From Thermoguttaceae bacterium (GTDB lineage Bacteria > Planctomycetota > Planctomycetia > Pirellulales > Thermoguttaceae), in contig JAUMVK010000011.1 in the NCBI GenBank assembly GCA_030530205.1, forward strand, positions 24,887-88,886: 64,000 nt of DNA, given 5' to 3'. How positions within the stretch are numbered: the stretch's first letter is position 1; each line of letters begins with the position of its first letter. Shown here in pieces: positions 54,969 through 62,163 of the stretch. The notes under the pieces are model-generated. The model ran no database searches. It saw only the letters and a list, made by a program, of their open reading frames with translations, and was not told the origin of the DNA. Made by a program: the position numbers and the translations under genes.

Positions 54969-55411
54969 TTGTCTTTCCTTTCTGATTGGGTTTTCAGGTC
55001 AGCGAGAATCTTCCCGAGAAGACGCTCCAAAGTTTCCGCCTCTGTTTTGTCAAGATCCGAATAGACCAGCTTGACCAGCCGCCGCGATATGGAATTAAAC
55101 CTGCGGCGCAAGGCTTCGCCTTCATCCGTAAGAGCAACCACGACGCTTCGCGCATCGTTTTCCGACTTCTCACGGCGAACAAGCCCCATTTCTTCCAGCT
55201 TATCGACCAAAACCGTCGTCGTAGCTTTCGTACGGTGCGAGAATGCCGCCAAGTCGCGCATTGCCGTCGGTCCGTTCCTGAAAAGGCACGCCAATACGTC
55301 GCCATGCGACAGCGCAAGCCTGGCCAGCCCCGCCGCGGCGAGTTCGTCTGCCAGCCATTTCTGGGTTATGGCATAAATTCGGCTTATCAATGAAATAGCA
55401 TTGTGTTCCAT
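54965..55411 (-). CDS. MarR-family transcriptional regulator
   Basis: 148 aa. wHTH (MRDLAAFSHRTKATTTVLVDKLEEMGLVRR...D.R...V.LT.EG). Overlaps the cupin gene start by 4 nt. Confidence 0.85.
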   Translation of the reverse strand: MEHNAISLISRIYAITQKWLADELAAAGLARLALSHGDVLACLFRNGPTAMRDLAAFSHRTKATTTVLVDKLEEMGLVRREKSENDARSVVVALTDEGEALRRRFNSISRRLVKLVYSDLDKTEAETLERLLGKILADLKTQSERKDK

Positions 55412-55574
55412 AACGGCCCATTATAGTTAGATGTCTAACTTTTGTCAAGAGGGGGGGTGGGGAATCGGGACAATTTCACCAAATTTTTTTGAGGGCGTGG
55501 CAGCTTGTACATTCGTGAATGCAGAGATCGACCGAGCCGCTGAGGAAAATTTTGAAAATTTTGACCGCCGGTCA

Positions 55575-55602
55575 TTGACTTTTAGTCAGAATGTGTTATA
55601 AT
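55575..55602 (+). promoter_or_regulatory. Promoter with overlapping palindromic operator upstream of the TetR gene
   Basis: TTGACT-16-TGtTATAAT. The palindrome TGACTTTTAGTCA (55576..55588) overlaps the -35. Confidence 0.5.
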
Positions 55603-55635
55603 TGAATCATCTTTCACGAAAAGGAGACAAAGGAA

Positions 55636-56256
55636 ATGACAAAGCGTCAGGAAAATGCGCTGGAAACGCGCCGCAAGATATACACGACGGCTTGTTCCCT
55701 CATCGAGGAAAAGGGATTCGCCAACGTATCCGTTGAGGACATCACAAACGCCTGCGGCGTCGCCAAGGGAACCTTCTACGTGTATTTCAAGCGCAAGGAG
55801 GAAATCGTTTTTGAGTGCTGCAAGGAATGGTTCAGCGACGTGGATCGTAAGGCGCGCGAGCACAAGGGGACGATTGTGGCGAAGCTCGCGTTCTACTTCA
55901 AGGGCTTCATGGAAGGCGTGACTTGCGGTGGTGTGGAACTTTGCCGCCAGTGGGTACGCGAGGTGATCAACCCGAACGATTCGCCGGGCGACATGTGCGG
56001 CGGAAAGTACGCCTACGACCTCAAGCATCTGACGGCGTTCCTCAAGGATGCGGTGAAAGACGGCACGCTCAAAAAGTCCACCCCCGTCGAAACGCTTGTG
56101 CACATCTTCATGTGCGAACTTTACGGCATGACGACATGCTGGTGCATGAGTGACGAGAAATTCATCCCCGAAAAGTGGGTAGGCCGCTTCACCAAGCTGC
56201 AGCTCCCAGCCCTACTCGGACCATATTTGAACGAAACAGAAAGGGAAACAAAATGA
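55636..56256 (+). CDS. TetR/AcrR-family transcriptional regulator
   Basis: N-terminal HTH (KGFANVSVEDITNACGVAKGTFYVYFKRKEE). Confidence 0.85.
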   Translation: MTKRQENALETRRKIYTTACSLIEEKGFANVSVEDITNACGVAKGTFYVYFKRKEEIVFECCKEWFSDVDRKAREHKGTIVAKLAFYFKGFMEGVTCGGVELCRQWVREVINPNDSPGDMCGGKYAYDLKHLTAFLKDAVKDGTLKKSTPVETLVHIFMCELYGMTTCWCMSDEKFIPEKWVGRFTKLQLPALLGPYLNETERETK

Positions 56257-56407
56257 AAGTACTGCTCATTATCTGAAGTTCCCCGCGAACGGTAACACGG
56301 CGTGGCTCCTCAAGAACCTCAAGCGGGACGACGCCATCCCCCGCCACGCCGACGAACCCTGGCAGCCCATGCACTTCATCCGGTAAAAATCACAAAGGAG
56401 TATCAAC

Positions 56408-57439
56408 ATGACCCGATTCATCATAGGAGCAATTCTCATGGCTATGACTTTTACCGCAAACGCTGCGGATCTGGAACTGACAAAAGAATGGGACAAAACG
56501 TTCCCGAAATCTGAGAAGGTGGACCACTGCAAGGCGACCTTCCAAAACCGCTTCGGCATCACGCTGGCGGCGGACGTGTACAAGCCGAAAGGCGCGGAGG
56601 GGCGGCTCGCAGCGATTGCCGTCAGTGGTCCTTTCGGGGCCGTGAAGGAACAGTCGAGCGGCCTTTACGCCCAGACGCTTGCGGAGCGCGGTTTCCTGAC
56701 CATCGCGTTCGACCCGTCCTTCACGGGGGAGTCGGGCGGTTCGCCGCGTTACGTCGCCTCGCCGGACATTAACACGGAGGACTTCCAGGCTGCGGTCGAT
56801 TACCTCCTCAGCCGCGATGACGTGGACCCGGAGAAAATCGGCATCCTCGGCATTTGCGGGTGGGGCGGTCTTGCCATCAATGCGGCGGCGATCGATACGC
56901 GCGTCAAGGCGACCGTCGCCTCGACGATGTACGACATGACCCGCGTGACGGCGAACGGCTACAACGACGCGGAAGATTCCGCAGCCGAACGCATGAAGAA
57001 ACGCGAAGCGATGAACGCCCAGCGCATCGTCGATTTCCAGTCCGGGACGCCCAAACGCGGCGGCGGGGTCGTTGATCCGCTTCCGGACGACGCTCCGCAG
57101 TTCGTCAAGGACTACTACGCCTACTACAAGATGCCGCGCGGCTTCCATCCCCGCTCGCTCAACTCGACGGACGGCTGGAACGTGACGAGTTTCCTCTCGT
57201 TCCTGAACGCCAAACTGCTCGCCTATGCCAACGAGATCGAGAGCGCGGTCATGGTCCTCCACGGCGAAAAGGCGCACAGCCGGTACTTCGGCGAGACGGC
57301 TTTTTCCAAACTCAAAGGCGAGAACAAGGAACTCGTCATCGTCCCCGGCGCGAGCCACTGCGACCTGTACGACGGCGGCGGAAAGAACGCCATTCCGTTC
57401 GACCGGATCGAGGCGTTTTACAGGAAATATTTGAAGTAG
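56408..57439 (+). CDS. Alpha/beta hydrolase (exported), Cys at the nucleophile elbow
   Basis: Signal peptide. GILGICGWGG is a G-x-C-x-G elbow like dienelactone-hydrolase-type enzymes. C-terminal GASHCDLYD holds the histidine. Confidence 0.65.
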   Translation: MTRFIIGAILMAMTFTANAADLELTKEWDKTFPKSEKVDHCKATFQNRFGITLAADVYKPKGAEGRLAAIAVSGPFGAVKEQSSGLYAQTLAERGFLTIAFDPSFTGESGGSPRYVASPDINTEDFQAAVDYLLSRDDVDPEKIGILGICGWGGLAINAAAIDTRVKATVASTMYDMTRVTANGYNDAEDSAAERMKKREAMNAQRIVDFQSGTPKRGGGVVDPLPDDAPQFVKDYYAYYKMPRGFHPRSLNSTDGWNVTSFLSFLNAKLLAYANEIESAVMVLHGEKAHSRYFGETAFSKLKGENKELVIVPGASHCDLYDGGGKNAIPFDRIEAFYRKYLK

Positions 57440-57521
57440 GGGCCGGCGCGTTTTCATTGGCCGCAAAGAACAAACCGGGACGCCGGATAAAATGAAAATC
57501 AACAGACAGAAAGGAAAAACC

Positions 57522-58061
57522 ATGAGCAAGAAAGTACTGATCATCTCCTCCTCGCCGCGCAAGGGCGGGAACTCTGACATTCTCTGCGACGCGTTCGCGG
57601 AAGGGGCCAAGCAAGCCGGCAACGACGTCGAAAAGGTCCGGATCACCGAACTGAAAATCGGTTACTGCACGGGCTGTTACGCCTGCCAGACGACCGGCAA
57701 GTGCGCCATCCGGGACGACGCGCGGGGAGTTATCGACAAGATGATGGCGGCCGACGTGATCGTCCTCGCCTCGCCGGTCTATTTCTACACAATCTGCGCC
57801 CAGCTCAAGGCGTTGATCGACCGCACGGTGGTCGTTTATCCGAATCTCGCGAACAAGCGGTTCTACTACCTCCTCACGATGGCGGACACGGACCGTGACA
57901 AATTCGACGGCGCTCTCGCCGCCCTTCGTGGCTTCCTCGACTGCTGCGACGGCAGCGAAGAGGTCGGCATGGTCTGCGCCGACGGCGTGTACGAGAAAGG
58001 GACGGTCAACGGCACGAAGTTCGTCGCCGAGGCGAAAGCGCTTGGCAAAAAAATCAGATAA
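57522..58061 (+). CDS. NADPH-dependent FMN reductase / iron-sulfur flavoprotein-like
   Basis: MSKKVLIISSSPRKGGNS...CTGCYAC flavodoxin-like fold signature. The ATG at 57522 follows AAAGGAAAAA. Confidence 0.8.
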   Translation: MSKKVLIISSSPRKGGNSDILCDAFAEGAKQAGNDVEKVRITELKIGYCTGCYACQTTGKCAIRDDARGVIDKMMAADVIVLASPVYFYTICAQLKALIDRTVVVYPNLANKRFYYLLTMADTDRDKFDGALAALRGFLDCCDGSEEVGMVCADGVYEKGTVNGTKFVAEAKALGKKIR

Positions 58062-58131
58062 ATCAGGAAATCCACCTGCAAGGAAACGACACCATGATCT
58101 ACGAAAGTATCGTGAAGCCGATCTGGACGAC

Positions 58132-58581
58132 ATGATCGCCATCTGGAACGAGATCGTCGAGGCGGGAGACGCCTTTCCGCAGGAAGAACCGTTGACACGC
58201 GAGACGGGGAAGGAGTTCTTCTCGGCCCAGACGCATACCGGCGTGGCGGTTGACAAGGATGGCACGGTTCAGGGACTTTACATTCTCCACCCGAACAACG
58301 TCGGGCGGTGCGGTCACATCGCCAACGCCAGCTACGCGGTCCGGTCCGCTTGCCGGGGGCAGCACATCGGTGAGAAACTGGTCATCGACTGTCTCGAACA
58401 GGCCAAAGCCCACGGATTCGGCATCCTCCAGTTCAACGCAGTGGTCGAGGGGAATACCCATGCGCGCCATCTTTACGAACGCCTTGATTTTACCCAGCTT
58501 GGCACGATCCCGAGCGGCTTCCGCATGAAAGACGGAACGTTCGCCAACATCTGCCCGTATTTCCGCGAAACAGGGTTTTAG
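58132..58581 (+). CDS. GNAT-family N-acetyltransferase (N-terminus uncertain)
   Basis: RGQHIGEKLV...A...GF..LQFNAVVEGNTHARHLYERLDF acetyl-CoA-binding pattern. The frame is open from 58060s, but the natural ATG (58094) is in another frame. Confidence 0.7.
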   Translation: MIAIWNEIVEAGDAFPQEEPLTRETGKEFFSAQTHTGVAVDKDGTVQGLYILHPNNVGRCGHIANASYAVRSACRGQHIGEKLVIDCLEQAKAHGFGILQFNAVVEGNTHARHLYERLDFTQLGTIPSGFRMKDGTFANICPYFRETGF

Positions 58582-58600
58582 AAAACAGGGAGAATCAAAC

Positions 58601-59596
58601 ATGAAAACACGCAAACTCGAAAAATTCACCGTTTCATCCGTCGGGATGGGGTGCATGGGATTCAGTCACGGGTACGGCGCACTGCCGCCGGAAGATGAAT
58701 CAATACGCCTCATGCGCAAGGCTTACGACATGGGCTGCACGCTCTTCGACACGGCTGAGGCTTATGGTCCGTTCGTGAATGAAACCCTCGTCGGCAAGGC
58801 CGTGAAACCGTTCCGGGACAAGATCATCCTCACGACCAAGTTCACGCCTTGCAAAGTGGGCGATCAGGACATAACGAACGAGGAGAAATTAACCGCAAAA
58901 GGGATCCGCAAGGCACTCGAGGATTCGCTTCGCCGGCTGGGGACCGACTACGTGGACTGTTACTACGAGCATCGGGTCCCGCTTGCAAGCCGTCCCGAAG
59001 ATGTCGCCGAGGTGATGGGCGAACTCATCAAGGAGGGAAAGATTCGCGGCTGGGGGCAAAGCCAATCGACTCCGGAGCAGATTCGCCGCGCCCACGCCAT
59101 CACGCCGCTTTCGATGATCCAGAGCGAGTATTCAATGATGGAACGGATGTTCGAGGCGGAGGTGATCCCGCTCTGTCAGGAACTCGGCATCGGCTTCGTC
59201 GCGTTCTCTCCTATGGCGAGCGGTTTCTTGAGCGGCAAATACACGGCTTCCATGACCTACGTGGGAGATGATGTTCGCCGAGCCATCACACGTTTCGCAA
59301 AAGAGAACGTGATCGCCAACCAGCCGCTCCTGGACACTCTCGAAAGGCTTTCCTCGGCCAAGGGCTGCACCAAGGCCCAGCTCGCACTCGCTTGGATGCT
59401 TGCCAAGTGGCCGTACGTTGTGCCGATTCCGGGGATGCGCTCGGATGAACGAATCGAGGAAAACCTCGGTGCGGCAGACGTGGAACTTTCACCGTCGGAA
59501 CTCGCGGAAATCGAGACCGAACTCAGCAAAATAACCATCCACGGCAATCGTACCGATGAGGACATTCAGAGGATGGGCTACGTAAAGGCTCAGTGA
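58601..59596 (+). CDS. Aldo/keto reductase
   Basis: GMGCMG.S..YG, DTAE.YG, IRGWGQS and IPIPGMR AKR family blocks. Confidence 0.9.
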   Translation: MKTRKLEKFTVSSVGMGCMGFSHGYGALPPEDESIRLMRKAYDMGCTLFDTAEAYGPFVNETLVGKAVKPFRDKIILTTKFTPCKVGDQDITNEEKLTAKGIRKALEDSLRRLGTDYVDCYYEHRVPLASRPEDVAEVMGELIKEGKIRGWGQSQSTPEQIRRAHAITPLSMIQSEYSMMERMFEAEVIPLCQELGIGFVAFSPMASGFLSGKYTASMTYVGDDVRRAITRFAKENVIANQPLLDTLERLSSAKGCTKAQLALAWMLAKWPYVVPIPGMRSDERIEENLGAADVELSPSELAEIETELSKITIHGNRTDEDIQRMGYVKAQ

Positions 59597-59690
59597 AACG
59601 AAAGAGAAACCATGATGAACAAACTGGTATTGGCCCTTATGTTTGCTGCGGGATGAACTGCGTCCAGAGGGATATGGGCGTCTTATGGTA

Positions 59691-59970
59691 GCCAATCGTG
59701 AAAAGGTGGGGCGTGGTTATTCCAGACGGTCGCATCGTGAGAACGGTGTCATTGTTCCACGATCGGCCTGGCGTGACGGAGGTTACCCCGGTTGCCAATC
59801 GTGGAGTTGGTCAAACAGCCAACGTAAGCCAATCGTGAAAAGGTGGAGCGTGGTTATTTCAGACGGTGAGGTGGCTTCATTGTTCCACGATCGGCGACAG
59901 ACTGTTGAAAAGGAAATCGTCGTCGCAGTCTGGAAAGAGGAAGCGAGGCCGGTCGTGGAAGAGAGACAAG
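59691..59970. repeat. Cluster of REP-like palindromes (BIME-like), copy 1
   Basis: Two ~70-nt units, GCCAATCGTGAAAAGGTGG.GCGTGGTTATT.CAGACGGT...CATTGTTCCACGATCGGC, at 59691 and 59828. A 75-nt tail (59896..59970) is homologous to 61775..61847. Confidence 0.85.
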
Positions 59971-59974
59971 TAAT

Positions 59975-60224
59975 TTAATCCCCCAGCATCGTCATGAGGA
60001 TATCGCCGTTCTCCTTCAGCCATTTATCCTGCTCCCAGTAAGTCGGGAACACGCTCAGCACCTCGGCATAAAAACGGGCCGAGTGGTTCATTTCCTTCCG
60101 ATAGCAAAGTTCATGGACCACGACACTGTCGAGTACCTCTGGCGGTGTTAGCATCAGCAGGCAGTTGAAATTGAGGTTTCCTTTGTCGCTGCAGATCCCC
60201 CAGCGGGACTTCTGCCTACGGTTT
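59975..60224 (-). pseudogene. C-terminal fragment of a DUF45/YgjP-like (WLM/SprT-like) zinc metallopeptidase
   Basis: KSRWGICSDKGNLNFNCLLMLTPPEVLDSVVVHELCYRKEMNHSARFY contains the HExxH-type motif (HELCY..E.NH). The N-terminal ~150 aa are missing, replaced by the AAA ATPase gene. Confidence 0.7.
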
Positions 60225-61544
60225 TCAGCATTCTTTGAGCAGGAATCCCATGTACAGCGGCAAAGTCAAGACCCCATTTTCTTCACCCACATTGTAATCA
60301 CCAAGTTTTATGGCCGAATCCAGATGATAAATATCCCTATTTTTCAAAAGCGTTTTCAGGCTTTTGGCGTTTCCCTGATTCGCCTTGACTTCGATGGGCG
60401 TGCATTTCCCTTTGTAGCGGATGAAGAAATCCATCTCGAGCCCGCTGTCCTTATGGAAATAATACAGGTTTCGGCCCATTTTGGAGAGGCAGTCAGCGAC
60501 CAGGTTTTCAAAAATTGCCCCTTTGTATCCGAGAAGATTCCCGCTCAAAACGTCGTACTGGGTTCCATCTTCGAGCATACTCACGAACAGCCCGGTATCG
60601 GCCATATAAACCTTGAAAATATCGTTCATCGCGTTGCCGTCAAGGGGCAGCTGCGTCTCCCGGAGGTTATAGCACCGTTTAATGATGCCCGCGTCCTCGA
60701 TCCACTGCAAACACCCTGCAAACCGAGATGCCGTGCCACCCCTTTTGACCAGCGAATACTGAAATTTTTTGTTTTCCTTCGCAAGCTGGCGGGGGATGGA
60801 TTCAAAGCACTCTTTGATCAGGGACTTGTCCTTGTTTTCCGCGTATTTGACCATATCGTCCTCGTAGGAGCGGACGATGTTTCTTTGAAGGTTCAGTACG
60901 TCATTCATCTGCCGGGTTTCGACGAAAAGCTGAACGACTTCCGGCATTCCGCCGACCGCCGTATATTGCAGCAGCAGTTCACGGCAGCGATTATGCAGCG
61001 CCGAAGGAACGGGGGTTCTTTCTTCAAGATGCTTTTTCAACTCGTCCGTCAATGCGGGAACGATCCCGTTTGCCCACAAAAACTCTTCAAAATCGAGCGG
61101 GCGCATGTCCACGACCTGCTCAAAACCGACGGGCACGGATCGTGGTTCTTTGCCGTAGCCTTTGACGCCCAGGAGCGAGCCGGTCGCGATGACGTCATAC
61201 CTGCCGTCGAGGCAGAAAAATTTCAAAGCGGTTCGCGCTTCCGGGCATTCTTGAATTTCGTCCAGAACGATCACCGTTTCGCCGGGGAGGAATTTCGCCT
61301 CGGGCCCCAAAAGCGCCGACATCATCATCGTCAGGCGGTTGATCTCGAGTGACCCCGAAAAAATCCCGTCATAGTTCGGATCCTCAAAAAAATTCAGACA
61401 GACAACGCTTTTGTAATTATCCCGCGCGAATTTCAGCACGGAGCTTGTTTTCCCACACTGACGGCAGCCCTTGATGACCAGTGGTTTTCTCGTCTCAGCC
61501 TTTTTCCAATCGAGTAAAAGCCGCTCAATCTTTCTTTCCAGCAT
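60225..61544 (-). CDS. AAA-family ATPase with DUF4143 (AAA_14 type)
   Basis: P-loop GCRQCGKTS, Walker B VIVLDEIQ, and a C-terminal DUF4143-like/PD-(D/E)xK-like region (EMDFFI...IEVKA). Confidence 0.8.
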   Translation of the reverse strand: MLERKIERLLLDWKKAETRKPLVIKGCRQCGKTSSVLKFARDNYKSVVCLNFFEDPNYDGIFSGSLEINRLTMMMSALLGPEAKFLPGETVIVLDEIQECPEARTALKFFCLDGRYDVIATGSLLGVKGYGKEPRSVPVGFEQVVDMRPLDFEEFLWANGIVPALTDELKKHLEERTPVPSALHNRCRELLLQYTAVGGMPEVVQLFVETRQMNDVLNLQRNIVRSYEDDMVKYAENKDKSLIKECFESIPRQLAKENKKFQYSLVKRGGTASRFAGCLQWIEDAGIIKRCYNLRETQLPLDGNAMNDIFKVYMADTGLFVSMLEDGTQYDVLSGNLLGYKGAIFENLVADCLSKMGRNLYYFHKDSGLEMDFFIRYKGKCTPIEVKANQGNAKSLKTLLKNRDIYHLDSAIKLGDYNVGEENGVLTLPLYMGFLLKEC

Positions 61545-61729
61545 AACTTCTCTCCATGATTTTTTTCTTTATTATACCTCGATTTTAAACTTTTTCAAGG
61601 GACTTTTTCGGAAAGTTTCAATTTTTTCAAGTGACTTTTGGGAGAAAGTGCAACTTTTTAGAGGGACTTTGCCACCCCATCTTCGCCGGTCAAGTTACAG
61701 GGACGACGCTTCTGGGATTCAGCGCACCC

Positions 61730-62157
61730 GCCGATCGTGAAAAGGGAACCGCCGACCCTGTTTTCACGATCTGCGACACACTGTTGTGACGGAAATAGTC
61801 GTTGTGGTCTGGAGAGAGGAAGTGAGCCGGTCGTGGAGTCGATCAAGCTGCCAGCATGGGCCAATCGTGAAAAGGTGGGCGGAACTGGTTCTGACGGTTG
61901 TTTCGGCGTGGATACACTCCGAGGGAGCCAATCGTAAGAATGCCACTCATTTCACGATCGGTCAGACGAAAATCGCCTTGGTCGCCAATCGTGAAAAAGG
62001 GGCCGCGGCTTCACGATCGGCCTGGCGTGACAAAGAGTAGTTGCCTAGAAGCCGATCGTGAAAAGATGAGACGTGATTATTCCAGTGGTTGGAATGGTGA
62101 GGACGTCATTGCCACGATCGGCCAGACGAAAATCACTTTGGTCGCCAATCGTGAGAA
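61730..62157. repeat. Cluster of REP-like palindromes (BIME-like), copy 2
   Basis: At least 9 half-sites of GCC(G/A)ATCGTG / CACGATCGG. An internal duplication of CACGATCGG.CAGACGAAAATC.C.TTGGTCGCCAATCGTGA occurs at about 61952 and about 62113. Confidence 0.85.
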
Positions 62158-62163
62158 TGAAAT

